Origin: Acidobacteriota bacterium
Lineage (GTDB): Bacteria > Acidobacteriota > Vicinamibacteria > Vicinamibacterales > 2-12-FULL-66-21
Reading direction: 5' to 3'
Length of the DNA stretch: 64,000 nt
Assembly (NCBI GenBank): GCA_003222675.1
Contig: QHWT01000046.1
Location: 51,987 to 115,986, forward strand
Part shown: one piece after another, positions 51,209 to 62,494 of the stretch
Position numbering within the stretch: the first letter of the stretch is position 1
How the letters are laid out: each line of letters begins with the position of its first letter
The notes under the pieces: model-generated
Databases searched by the model: none
Told to the model about the DNA's origin: nothing
The model's input: only the letters and a program-made list of their open reading frames with translations
Position numbers and translations under genes: made by a program

Positions 51209-54151
51209 ATGAAGCGCGTCTTGATTGGGATGCTGCTGGCGGGCTTCGTAGCCGCGAGCGCGTCCGCCCAGCAGGGCACCACCGAGCTGCGTGGCCGGGT
51301 TCAGGATCCGCAGGGAGCGGTCCTGCCAGGTGTCACTGTGGTCGTTCGCAACCAGGCGACCGGAATGTTTCGCGAAACGGTCAGTGGTTCGGACGGCACG
51401 TTCATCGCCAGCGCGCTCGTTCCGGGCACGTACGAAGTGACCGCCGAGCTGCCGGGATTCAAGAAGTTCAACCGCAAAGATCTCTTGCTCGAAGTCGGGA
51501 AGACCGCCTCGATCGACGTGAAGCTGGAGGTCGGATCGCACGAGGAGACGGTGAACGTCACTGCGGAATCACCGCTCGTCGACGTCACGTCGAAGGAGAT
51601 CGGCGGCAACATCACGAATGAAACGCTGGTGCAGCTCCCCAGCGTCAACGGCAACTTCATTGGATTCGTCGGCCTGCTGCCCGGCATCGTCCCGTCGATC
51701 AGCACGGAGTCGTTCGGCAGCGATTCGATCAGCGTCAACGGTCAGGACCCGCGCAACAACAATTACACCGTCGACGGCGGCAACAACAATGACGACGTGA
51801 TCGGGCAGCGCGCCGGCATGCAGGCGCGGACGCCGATCGAGGCGATCCAGGAATTCCAGGTCATCACGAACCAGTTCGACGCGGAGTTCGGCCGGACATC
51901 GGGCGCCGTGATCAATGCCGTCACCAAGCAGGGGACCAACGCCGTGCGCGGCAGCGCGTTCGGCTTCTTCCAGGACGGCAGCCTGACGGAGAAGGACTTC
52001 TTCGCGAAGCAGCAGAACCTGCCGAAGGCAGATACCAGCTACCAGCGCTGGGGCGGCACGGTCGGGGGCCCGCTCGTGCGCGACAAGATGCACTACTTCT
52101 TCAGCCTCGAGCGCTTCTCAATCGATCGTCCGAATACGATCGTGATTCCGGCGCGCCCCGATCTGAACGACCAGCAGACGACCAGGGATCGCGTATGGAA
52201 CACGATCATCCGCGGCGATCACCAGATCAATCGGAACAACACATACAGCATCCGATGGCTGCGAGAATCGTCGCCGCAGACGAACCAGATCATCGGCGCG
52301 GTCACGGCGCGGGCCGCACGTGAGGAGTCGGACGTCGACCAGACGCTGGCGACGAACGTGAACTCGGTCCTGTCGAATACCAGGGTCAACACGCTGCGCC
52401 TGACGTGGACGCGCGAGAACGTCGCCTTCGCGAACCACTGCTTCAACACGAACGGGCGTGACCTGTCGAAGTGCGAGCCGACGCTCGCGTTCCAGGACTT
52501 CACCGATCAACAGGACAACACGGCGCAGGCGCGCATCAACGACGCGATTCAGCTGGATGAAACGCTGGCGTGGTTCGTGCCGAACAGGCACGGCGACCAC
52601 GACATCAAGTTCGGCGCGCAGTACGAGTACTCGGGCGCCGCGAACCAGAACCAGGGCAACTTGAACGGCACCTTCACGTTCGGCCGCAGCGACGCGGTGT
52701 TCAACTCGGCGGATCCCCGGACGTATCCGGATCGCTTTACCGCCCGCGTCGGCGGGCCGAGCATCTTTTACGAGAAGGCGCACTATGTCTCGACGTTCGT
52801 GCAGGACAAGTGGCGCTTCACGCCGCGGCTCACGCTGAGCCTCGGCATGCGTTACGACCTCGAGCTCATCCCGCTCGCCGAGACCGACGATCCGCTGGTG
52901 GACGGCTATCCGGTCGACAAGAACAATTTCCAGCCGCGCATCGGTGTCACCTATGACCTGGGTGGCGGCAAGAGCATCGTCCGCGGCGGGTACGGACGGT
53001 TCTACGACAAGACCCATTTCGAGTTGATTGGCGGGCTCTACACCGGAACGCCCTTCACCTCGTCGTTCACGGTGAATTTCCCGACAGCGGCGGCTGATTC
53101 CGGCCCGCGCAACGGCGCGTTCCCGACGGATCCGTTCCTCGTGAACGGCCCGGTGATTAATCGCACCGTGCTGGAGCAGCAGTTCCCGGCCGGACGGCTC
53201 CTTCGCAACACCGGCGCGAGCTGGGACGACCCGAATCGCACCGTGCCGTACACCGATCAGGTGACGGCCGGCTACGAGCGGCAGCTCGCGGGCAACATGG
53301 CGGTCAGCGCCGACTACGTGCGCGCGTTCAGCCGCGACCTGCTCATGTCGCGGGATCTGAACCCGGGCCTGCGCGCAACCACGGCGGTCACCTCGCCGCT
53401 GGTGCGCCAGGGCAGCGCCGTGCTGAGCAGCGCGCTCGCGGTGCTGCAGGCGAATCATCCAGGGTTTGCACCGTTCACCACTGGGGTGACGCAGCCGCTG
53501 AATGTCGGCAAGGTCGACTACGACGCGCTGATGCTCAGTCTCAGCAAGCGCTTCAGCCACAACTATTCGGCGCAGGTATCGTACACGCTGGCGTACTCGC
53601 GCGGGAACACGTCGGCCAGTTTTATCCCGGCCAGCGGTTTCCAGCTGCTCGACGACATGCACCTCGAGCTGAACGAAGGACCGACCAACTTCGACACGCG
53701 GCATAACCTGGTCGTCAGCGGACGCGCGCTCGTGCCGCACACCGGCGGCTTGAATCTGAGCTGGGTCGCGCGCGCGTTGAGCGGATCGCCGTTCAGCCTG
53801 ACGAATGCGAACATCGATCCGGATCGCAACGGCACGCAGGCCGAGCCGTTGGCCGACGCGAGCTACGCGGGCAACGGACAAAACGCGTTCACGGTGAAGG
53901 ACTACAAGGCGCAGCGCAATGGCGCGTACGGGCCCGGGTTCTTCGAGCTGGACGCGCGGGTTGGCTACAGCGTGCGCGTGATGAACCAGCGTCGCGTGGA
54001 GCTGTTCGCCGACATCTTCAACGTCACCAATCGCGCCAACTTCCTCAATCCATCCGGCAACCAGGCATCGACGCAGTTCCTGCTGCTCACCGCGTACAGC
54101 ACGAGCTACACGCCACGGAAGCTGCAGGTCGGCGCAAGGATCGAGTTCTGA
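51209..54151 (+). CDS. TonB-dependent receptor with CarboxypepD_reg-like N-terminal domain
   Basis: ATG 51209 lies 7 nt downstream of GGGAGGAG. Signal peptide, TTELRGRVQDPQGAVLPGVTVVVRNQATGMFRETVSGSDGTF, plug, and a barrel ending ...QVGARIEF. Paralog of 11009..13966. Confidence 0.9.
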   Translation: MKRVLIGMLLAGFVAASASAQQGTTELRGRVQDPQGAVLPGVTVVVRNQATGMFRETVSGSDGTFIASALVPGTYEVTAELPGFKKFNRKDLLLEVGKTASIDVKLEVGSHEETVNVTAESPLVDVTSKEIGGNITNETLVQLPSVNGNFIGFVGLLPGIVPSISTESFGSDSISVNGQDPRNNNYTVDGGNNNDDVIGQRAGMQARTPIEAIQEFQVITNQFDAEFGRTSGAVINAVTKQGTNAVRGSAFGFFQDGSLTEKDFFAKQQNLPKADTSYQRWGGTVGGPLVRDKMHYFFSLERFSIDRPNTIVIPARPDLNDQQTTRDRVWNTIIRGDHQINRNNTYSIRWLRESSPQTNQIIGAVTARAAREESDVDQTLATNVNSVLSNTRVNTLRLTWTRENVAFANHCFNTNGRDLSKCEPTLAFQDFTDQQDNTAQARINDAIQLDETLAWFVPNRHGDHDIKFGAQYEYSGAANQNQGNLNGTFTFGRSDAVFNSADPRTYPDRFTARVGGPSIFYEKAHYVSTFVQDKWRFTPRLTLSLGMRYDLELIPLAETDDPLVDGYPVDKNNFQPRIGVTYDLGGGKSIVRGGYGRFYDKTHFELIGGLYTGTPFTSSFTVNFPTAAADSGPRNGAFPTDPFLVNGPVINRTVLEQQFPAGRLLRNTGASWDDPNRTVPYTDQVTAGYERQLAGNMAVSADYVRAFSRDLLMSRDLNPGLRATTAVTSPLVRQGSAVLSSALAVLQANHPGFAPFTTGVTQPLNVGKVDYDALMLSLSKRFSHNYSAQVSYTLAYSRGNTSASFIPASGFQLLDDMHLELNEGPTNFDTRHNLVVSGRALVPHTGGLNLSWVARALSGSPFSLTNANIDPDRNGTQAEPLADASYAGNGQNAFTVKDYKAQRNGAYGPGFFELDARVGYSVRVMNQRRVELFADIFNVTNRANFLNPSGNQASTQFLLLTAYSTSYTPRKLQVGARIEF

Positions 54152-54201
54152 ATAGCGAAGGAACGAAGGAATCGAAGGCTTATTTCGCGTCGGGAGGGGA
54201 A

Positions 54202-54236
54202 GGGGCGCTCGGGTTTCTGCCGGGCGCCCTTTTTTA
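54202..54236 (+). terminator. Rho-independent terminator
   Basis: GGGCGCTCGG-GTTTCTG-CCGGGCGCCC followed by TTTTTT, 50 nt after the receptor stop. Confidence 0.8.
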
Positions 54237-54238
54237 CC

Positions 54239-54316
54239 GGCTTCAGGCTTGAGACTTCAGGCTTCCGGGCTCGGGCTGCACGTCAGACATCCTTCTGCTT
54301 TCTGTCTCCTGTATCC
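54239..54316. repeat. heptad words GGCTTCA family and TTCTGYC family upstream of the ABC operon
   Basis: GGCTTCA GGCTTGA GACTTCA GGCTTCC GGGCTCG GGCTGCA at 54239-54280. CCTTCTGCTTTCTGTCTCCTGTATCC at 54291-54316. Confidence 0.75.
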
Positions 54317-54325
54317 TTTTCATCA

Positions 54326-56107
54326 ATGAGTCCTGCCGTTCGACGTCTGCTGCCTTACGTCAACCGTTACCGCCGCGCGTTCGCAGTCGGATTGATGTGC
54401 GTGCTGGCGACAACGTCGTTCCAGTTGCTCTCGCCGTGGATTCTGAAATACGCGATTGATGATTTGAAGCTCGGCGTGACGCAGCAGAAGCTCGCGATGT
54501 ATGCGGGACTGCTGCTCGGCGTGACGCTGCTCCGCGGTGTGTTCCTGTTCCTGATGCGCCGCATCATCATCGGCGCGTCGCGCGACATCGAGTTCGACAT
54601 CCGCAACGACTTCTTCGCGCGGCTCGAGCAGCTGCCCCTCGGCTACTACCACGGGCGGCGCACGGGCGACCTGATGTCACGCGCCACCAACGACCTGAAC
54701 GCCGTGCGCATGATGATCGGACCGGCGATCATGTACTCGGCGAACACAATCCTCGTGTTCTTCGTCGCGATCATGCTCATGGCGACGATCGATACCAAGT
54801 TGACGCTGCTCGCACTAATCCCGCTGCCGTTCGTGTCGGTGTCGGTCCGTTATTTCGGCAGCGCCATTCACAGGCGGTTCGAAGCGATCCAGGCGCAGCT
54901 CTCCGAGATCAGCGCCGTCGTCCAGGAAGCGCTCGCCGGCGTCCGCGTCGTTCGCGCGTACCGCCAGGAGACGCACGAGATCGCGCGTTTCCGTACGGCG
55001 AACGAAGAATACCTGCGCCGCAACCGCGTGCTGATCCGGCTGCAGGGGGCGTTCTTTCCAAGCATGACGCTGTTCCTGGGACTCGGCTCGCTGCTCGTGC
55101 TCTGGCTTGGCGGACGCGATGTCATTCGCGGGCAGATCACCCTCGGAGAGTTCGTCGCGTTCAACGGGTATCTGGTGATGCTCAGCTGGCCGATGATCGC
55201 GTTTGGCTGGGTGACGAACATCCTGCAGCGCGGCTTCGCGTCGTGGCGGCGTATGCTCGAAGTCCTCGATCAGCAGCCCGCGATCAACGACGCTCGTGTT
55301 ACGCCGGCGGGGCGCGCGGCCGATCTCCAGGGAACGATCGAAATGCGGGACCTGGTGTTTGCCTATCCGGGCACCGACCGCATCGTGCTCGATCACGTGT
55401 CACTGAGGATCGATCCCGGACACACCGTGGCGTTTGTCGGCGGGACAGGTTCCGGAAAATCGACGCTGATCAATCTTCTGCCGCGGCTGCACGAGCCACC
55501 CGCCGGCACCATCTTCATCGGCGGCGTCGACATCCGCGAAATCCCGCTCGAACGATTGCGCGGGGCCATCGGCTTCGTGCCACAGGAGCCGTTCCTGTTT
55601 TCAGATACGATCGCGGAAAACGTAGCCTTCTCTGACCACGGCCACGGAACAACACAGAAAAATACAGAATACGAGCGCGGTGCGCGCATCGCGGCCGCTG
55701 CGGCCGTCGCACGGCTCGACAAAGACGTCCAGGATTTCCCGCGCGGGTACGAGACGACGGTCGGGGAGCGAGGGATCACGTTGTCCGGAGGGCAGAAGCA
55801 GCGGACCGCGCTCGCACGCGCCGTGATGGCGGATCCTGAAATCCTGATTCTGGACGACGCGCTGTCGGCGGTCGACACGTACACGGAAGAGGAGATCCTG
55901 TCGAGGCTGCGCGGCGTCATGCGGCAGCGGACGTCGATCATCGTGTCGCATCGGATTTCGACGGTGCGCGAGGCGGACCAGATCTTCGTGCTCGACAACG
56001 GTCGCGTGGCCGAGCGCGGGTCGCACGACCAGCTCGTTGCGCGCGGCGGACTCTACGCGGCGCTGTACCGCAAACAACTGCTCGAGGAAGAGCTGCAGGC
56101 AAGCTGA
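54326..56107 (+). CDS. ABC exporter, fused permease/ATPase (type I exporter, MsbA/MdlA-like)
   Basis: Six-TM domain. Walker A GGTGSGKST, signature LSGGQKQR, Walker B ILILDDALS. Confidence 0.9.
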   Translation: MSPAVRRLLPYVNRYRRAFAVGLMCVLATTSFQLLSPWILKYAIDDLKLGVTQQKLAMYAGLLLGVTLLRGVFLFLMRRIIIGASRDIEFDIRNDFFARLEQLPLGYYHGRRTGDLMSRATNDLNAVRMMIGPAIMYSANTILVFFVAIMLMATIDTKLTLLALIPLPFVSVSVRYFGSAIHRRFEAIQAQLSEISAVVQEALAGVRVVRAYRQETHEIARFRTANEEYLRRNRVLIRLQGAFFPSMTLFLGLGSLLVLWLGGRDVIRGQITLGEFVAFNGYLVMLSWPMIAFGWVTNILQRGFASWRRMLEVLDQQPAINDARVTPAGRAADLQGTIEMRDLVFAYPGTDRIVLDHVSLRIDPGHTVAFVGGTGSGKSTLINLLPRLHEPPAGTIFIGGVDIREIPLERLRGAIGFVPQEPFLFSDTIAENVAFSDHGHGTTQKNTEYERGARIAAAAAVARLDKDVQDFPRGYETTVGERGITLSGGQKQRTALARAVMADPEILILDDALSAVDTYTEEEILSRLRGVMRQRTSIIVSHRISTVREADQIFVLDNGRVAERGSHDQLVARGGLYAALYRKQLLEEELQAS

Positions 56108-56116
56108 CACACGGTG

Positions 56117-56200
56117 ACCAGTTACCAGTTACCAGTTCCACTGGCAACCGGGAAACGGCTACCGGCAACTGGCAACTGGCAACTGGCGACCGGCTACTGA
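56117..56200. repeat. intercistronic inverted heptad arrays (ACCAGTT)3 ... (GGCAACT)3
   Basis: Left arm ACCAGTTACCAGTTACCAGTTCC. Right arm GGCAACTGGCAACTGGCAACTGGC. The arms are complementary apart from one A/G transition per heptad. Lies between the two ABC genes. Confidence 0.85.
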
Positions 56201-56207
56201 CAGGTTC

Positions 56208-58031
56208 ATGTCCCTTCACGAAGAAGAAATCCTCGGCAAGGCGTACGACGCGCGGCTGATGCGTCGGCTGCTGGCGTACCTGCGCCCATATCGGTTGCAG
56301 GCGGCGCTGGCGCTCGCGGCGATCATTGCGGCATCCGTGCTGCAGCTCGCGCAGCCGTACCTGATGAAGCTCGTCATCGACCGCTACATTCCGGCGGGCG
56401 ATCTCGCGGGAATCAACCGGATTGCCGTCCTGTATCTCGCCATCCTCGGGGCATCGTTCAGCCTCGAGTTCACGCAGACATGGCTGCTGCAGCTCACCGG
56501 CCAGCGGATCATGTTCGACATGCGCATGCAGATCTACCATCACCTGCAGCGCATCGATCTCGCATTCTACGATCGCAACCCCGTCGGCCGCCTCATGACG
56601 CGCGTGACCACGGATGTCGACGTCCTGAACGATCTGTTCACGTCGGGCGTGGTCTCGGTGTTTGGCGACGTGTTCACGCTCGTCGGGATCATGATCGTCC
56701 TGCTGACGATGAACTGGCGGCTGGCGGTGGTGTCGTTCGCGGTGCTGCCGCTCATCGTCCTGGTGACGCAATGGTTCCGGCGGAACGTGCGCGAGTCGTA
56801 CCGGACCGTGCGCACCTGGATCGCGCGCATCAATGCGTACCTGCAGGAGCACATCACCGGTATGGGCACGGTGCAGTTGTTCCGCCGGGAGGCCCGCGCG
56901 TTCGAGAAGTTCCAGGACATCAACGAGCGCCACCGCACCGCCAACGTCGAGTCGATCTTTTATTATGCCGTCTTCTACCCGGCGATCGAAGTCGTCGGCG
57001 CGCTGGCCTCCGCGCTGACGATCTGGTACGGCGGCCGGTGGGTGCTCTCCGGCACGCTCACGCTCGGGTCGCTCGTCGCGTTCCTGCTGTATTCGCAGCG
57101 TTTCTTCCGTCCGATCTCCGACATGTCGGAGAAGTTCAATATCCTGCAGGCGGCCATGGCTTCGTCGGAGCGAATCTTCACGCTGCTCGACGAGCCGGTC
57201 ACGATCGAAACGGCCGCAGCTGCACCGCGAACCGCCCTTGGCGCCGGCCACATCGTCTTCGACCACGTGTGGTTCGGGTACGGCCCGAATGAATCCGGCG
57301 AGCCGGATTTCGTGCTGCGCGATGTCTCGTTCGAAGTCAAGCCCGGTGAGCGCGTCGGCGTCGTAGGCGCCACCGGCGCAGGAAAGTCGACGCTGATCAA
57401 CCTGCTGCTGCGCTTCTACGAGGTGTCGCGCGGGCGAATTCTCGTTGACGGCGTCGACGTGCGCGAGATGGATCTGCAGGAGCTGAGGAGCCTCTTCAGC
57501 CTCGTCCTGCAGGACGTGCACCTCTTCACCGGATCGATCGCGGAGAACATCCGGCTCGGCGCAACCGGAATCCCTGACGAAGCGGTGCAGCGCGCGGCCG
57601 CGGCCGTGCACGCCGATCCATTCATCCGTCGGCTGCCTGCGGCTTATGCGTCGCCCGTCGCCGAACGCGGCGCGACGTTATCAGTTGGCCAGAAGCAGCT
57701 CCTGTCGTTCGCACGCGCGCTGGCCTTCGAACCCCGGATCCTGATCCTGGACGAGGCCACATCGAGCGTCGATACCGAAACCGAGATTCTGATTCGCGAC
57801 GCACTGCACGTCCTCATGGCGGGCCGCACGACGATCGCGATCGCGCACCGCCTCTCGACGATCCAGGACATGGACAAGATCCTCGTCTTGCACAAAGGAC
57901 ATCTACGGGAGGCGGGCACGCACCAGGAGCTGCTCGCGCACCGCGGCATCTATTTCAAGCTGTATCAGCTGCAATACACCGATCAGGAGACGCGGGGTGA
58001 GATGGCATCAATGCCGAACGCCAAATGCTGA
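56208..58031 (+). CDS. ABC exporter, fused permease/ATPase (partner of 54326..56107)
   Basis: Six-TM domain. Walker A GATGAGKST, signature LSVGQKQL, Walker B ILILDEATS. Confidence 0.9.
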   Translation: MSLHEEEILGKAYDARLMRRLLAYLRPYRLQAALALAAIIAASVLQLAQPYLMKLVIDRYIPAGDLAGINRIAVLYLAILGASFSLEFTQTWLLQLTGQRIMFDMRMQIYHHLQRIDLAFYDRNPVGRLMTRVTTDVDVLNDLFTSGVVSVFGDVFTLVGIMIVLLTMNWRLAVVSFAVLPLIVLVTQWFRRNVRESYRTVRTWIARINAYLQEHITGMGTVQLFRREARAFEKFQDINERHRTANVESIFYYAVFYPAIEVVGALASALTIWYGGRWVLSGTLTLGSLVAFLLYSQRFFRPISDMSEKFNILQAAMASSERIFTLLDEPVTIETAAAAPRTALGAGHIVFDHVWFGYGPNESGEPDFVLRDVSFEVKPGERVGVVGATGAGKSTLINLLLRFYEVSRGRILVDGVDVREMDLQELRSLFSLVLQDVHLFTGSIAENIRLGATGIPDEAVQRAAAAVHADPFIRRLPAAYASPVAERGATLSVGQKQLLSFARALAFEPRILILDEATSSVDTETEILIRDALHVLMAGRTTIAIAHRLSTIQDMDKILVLHKGHLREAGTHQELLAHRGIYFKLYQLQYTDQETRGEMASMPNAKC

Positions 58032-58049
58032 ATGCCGGACGTGAATCAG

Positions 58050-58604
58050 CTACTGGGGAAGGCGGAGCGGCGCGGCCTGGGCCGCTTCGCGCGCGCGGAA
58101 CAAGCGGTCGATCAGACCGGGCGTCGAGGCCTTCGGATTCCACCCGAGGCGCAGCACGTTGATGACCGCCGTGCGCCGGCCGAGCGTCAGCGCTTCGTTG
58201 CAGTTCCAGATGTAGATGTCGATGTGGCGCCCCTGGACCGCGGGCCCGGTGTCCATCACGGTGTAGATGCCGTTGTAGCGGTCCGGCAGCTTGTCGACCT
58301 GGATGACCGAGCCGACGGGCAGCAGGTCCGGGTCCGCCGCCGCTATGCCCGTGCGGACGTTGACCCCTGAGGCCGTCGTGGTCCCCTTGCAGTAGGCGGT
58401 GGCCGCGAACCGCAGCCGGGCCCCAGCCGATGGCGCCGCGGTATCCTCCCGTTCCGCCGCCTGCCGAAGGGCGAAGCGAGAGTCCATGACCGTCACTTCG
58501 TACAGCAGGACGAACGCCGTCGCCGCGGTTGCGGTTGCGACGACCTTCCGACCGATCGAGCGAGAAATGAGCATCGACATAAAGGCCGGGCTGGGGACCT
58601 TCAC
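58050..58604 (-). CDS. 3D (Asp-Asp-Asp) domain protein, MltA/RlpA-like cell-wall binding
   Basis: N-terminal TM. ATAYCKGTTTASGVNVRTGIAAADPDLLPVGSVIQVD...YTVMDTGPAVQGRHIDIYIWNCNEA. Confidence 0.7.
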   Translation of the reverse strand: MKVPSPAFMSMLISRSIGRKVVATATAATAFVLLYEVTVMDSRFALRQAAEREDTAAPSAGARLRFAATAYCKGTTTASGVNVRTGIAAADPDLLPVGSVIQVDKLPDRYNGIYTVMDTGPAVQGRHIDIYIWNCNEALTLGRRTAVINVLRLGWNPKASTPGLIDRLFRAREAAQAAPLRLPQ

Positions 58605-58673
58605 TATAGGGTGCGGGACCCCCTTCAGTCAAAGTCCCCAGGGTCGGCAGCTCGACGGCCTATAAGGCCTAAG

Positions 58674-59174
58674 CTATTTGTTTTCTGTCTGTTGGTGGCT
58701 GTGGGCCAGGTGCCGTCGATGCGCCTCAATCATGGTCAAGGAGGCGCGATAGGCGATGAGCGCGAGCGTGATGGCGCCCAGCGTCGAGCCGAGCACGTAG
58801 GCCCACGCCAAGGGGGTCAAGGCATGGGCAAGTCGCCGAAAGTCGGCCCATGACGCTTCGGCCAGGGTAGCGGTCAGCTCCTTCAGCAGCCCCGGAGGAA
58901 TCTGTACCCCGAGCAGCGCCGCGCCCGCGACGGTCGCAAGCGAGTAGTACGCCGGCAGGATCCACGGCAGATTGGAATAGATGCCGAGCAGGACTGCGAC
59001 GCGATTGAGGTTCAGGGCGAACGCGAAGACCAGGCCGAGGATCGTGTGCAGGCCGAGTAGCGGCGAGAAGCCGAAAAACACGCCAAGCGCATAAGCCGCC
59101 GCCGTCCGCTGCGGCGTGTCGTGCGTGTGCAGCAGTTGCTCGAGCCACCGGCGAAGACCAGGCGAGGGTGGCAT
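58674..59174 (-). CDS. DUF2062 family membrane protein
   Basis: TPQRTAAAYALGVFFGFSPLLGLHTILGLVFAFALNLNRVAVLLGIYSNLPW. Confidence 0.7.
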   Translation of the reverse strand: MPPSPGLRRWLEQLLHTHDTPQRTAAAYALGVFFGFSPLLGLHTILGLVFAFALNLNRVAVLLGIYSNLPWILPAYYSLATVAGAALLGVQIPPGLLKELTATLAEASWADFRRLAHALTPLAWAYVLGSTLGAITLALIAYRASLTMIEAHRRHLAHSHQQTENK

Positions 59175-60207
59175 TGGTCAGAAATGGACGAACCCGGCCG
59201 GGAGGGGTTCCACGTTCCCGTCGCGCAACAGCCGCGTCCCCGGCCCGAGGGTCAGCTCGCCAATACGCGTCAACGGGATGCCGCGCGTCTGCCGCTGGAC
59301 GGTGGCGAAGCGGCCGCGCGCGCGCTTGGGGACGGCTATCAGCAACTCGTAATCGTCGCCGCCCATGACGGCCGCCGCGATCGAGTCGCGGCCCATGTCT
59401 TCGAACAACCGCCGGGCCGCGGCGGGAATCGGCAGCGTCTGGGCGTCAATCGCCGCGCCGGTTCCGCTGGCGTCCGCCATCTGGTCGACCGCATCCGCGA
59501 GCCCGTCGCTCAAATCCATGCAGGCGTTCGCCGCGCGATTACGCCCCAGCAGGGCGCCGAGCCGCGACCGGGGAGTGGGCCGGCGGTACCTCCGCACGCA
59601 TTCCGCGAGGCCGGCGTCTTCGGGCAGTCGGGTGTTCGACGCCGCGACTTCCGGTGATCGATCAGACCGGCGGAGCCATTCGAGGCCGGCGAGCGCCGCT
59701 CCGACTGCGCCGCTCACGTATAGGGCATCTCCCGGACGTCCGCCGCCGCGCGTCAGCACGCGGCGCGGCCGCGCCGTGCCCGTGACCGTCACGTCGATCA
59801 TCAACGGTCCCGGCGAACGCGCGATGTTTCCGCCCGCGAGCGTCACGCGTGCCTCGCGCGCCATGTCGATGAACCCGTCGAGCAGCGCGTCGAGGTCGGC
59901 AACGGGAAAGTCGGCAGGCAGCGCGAGCGACAGCAGGGCGAGCCGCGGCGCCCCCCCCATCGCGGCCACGTCCGAGACATTGACCGCGAGGGCCTTCCAC
60001 CCGATGTCACACGGAGCGCTGAAGCGGCGATTGAAATGCACGCCTTCGATCGACGCGTCGGTCGTCAGGATCTCGAGGGCGCCGCGCTCCGGCTGGACGA
60101 CAGCCGCATCATCCCCGATGCCCACGGCGAGCCACGCGGGAGCGGCGGGCAGGCGTCGGCGAATAGCCGCGATGATGGCGCGCTCACCCGCGTCGGCAAC
60201 CGTCTGG

Positions 60208-61782
<1,575 letters not shown>

Positions 61783-61861
61783 CGCGGTATCCTTTATCAC
61801 GACGGCCCCGGCCGCCGCCGTGCGCGACAGGTCGAGCCGGCTGACGATTGAAGGAGAGAAA

Positions 61862-62040
61862 AAGGCCCCGCTTTGCCGTGTGGGGAGCTCGTTTGAACCT
61901 GCGCTAAGCAGGTGGAACCACTGGTCAAGCCGCGCGTCAGGCTTCCTCTTGCAGAGGCATGCACACGGCGCGGCGTCGCGATTCACTTAGATGGAACATT
62001 GGCTCAAAGCGAGCCTCCGAAACCATCACGCGCAAAGCAG
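61862..62040 (-). ncRNA. ssrS: candidate 6S RNA (long irregular hairpin downstream of zapA)
   Basis: Minus-strand RNA CUGCUUUGCGCGUG...CACACGGCAAAGCGG forms a ~13-bp closing stem. Successive helices follow: GGAGGCUCG/CGAGCUCC, UUUGAGCC/GGUUCAAA, CUAAG/CUUAG, GCCGCGC/GCGCGGC. There is a large asymmetric internal loop and an apical CCUC-UGCAA-GAGG hairpin. The 3' end is followed by CCUUUUUC. Folded by eye only. Confidence 0.45.
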
Positions 62041-62074
62041 GGAACTCGAAAGATCGTCTACTCTACTACGGATC

Positions 62075-62410
62075 TTAGAATGATCCGGCGGTCCGGGCAA
62101 GGGGAGAGTCGGATTTGTCGTCGGGCGCGAGCGCCAGGTCCAGCATGCGCTCGAGTTCCCTGGCGCGGTGAATCACGCTGGCGCGGCAGGCGGCGTCCTC
62201 GTCGCGCGCCCGGAAGCACTCGTCGGCGATGTTGAGCGCGGCGAGCACGGCGACCTTCAGCGAGTCGCCCTGAGGACACTCGCGCTGCGCGAGCGCCATC
62301 TTCTGCTCCACATAGGCCGCGAGCTCGGCGACGTAGGCCGCGTCGAGATGGCTGCGGATCGGATACCGCTGCCCGTTGATGTTCACCGTGACGACACGGC
62401 TCTGTTCCAT
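62075..62410 (-). CDS. zapA: cell division protein ZapA
   Basis: VTVNINGQRYPIRSHLDAAYVAELAAYVEQKM...LKVAVLAALNIADE. Confidence 0.85.
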   Translation of the reverse strand: MEQSRVVTVNINGQRYPIRSHLDAAYVAELAAYVEQKMALAQRECPQGDSLKVAVLAALNIADECFRARDEDAACRASVIHRARELERMLDLALAPDDKSDSPLARTAGSF

Positions 62411-62423
62411 AGAGATCCTTGTC

Positions 62424-62494
62424 GGCTCCAGGCTCCAGGCTCCAGGTTCCAGGCTTCAGGATTTTCTGGAGCCTGAAGCCTGAAGTCCGAAGCC
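62424..62494. repeat. intercistronic inverted heptad arrays (GGCTCCA)3 GGTTCCA GGCTTCA ... TGGAGCC (TGAAGCC)2-3
   Basis: GGCTCCAG and CTGGAGCC are exact complements. Outer units differ by C/T transitions, which become G-U pairs in the minus-strand (sense) transcript. Confidence 0.85.
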
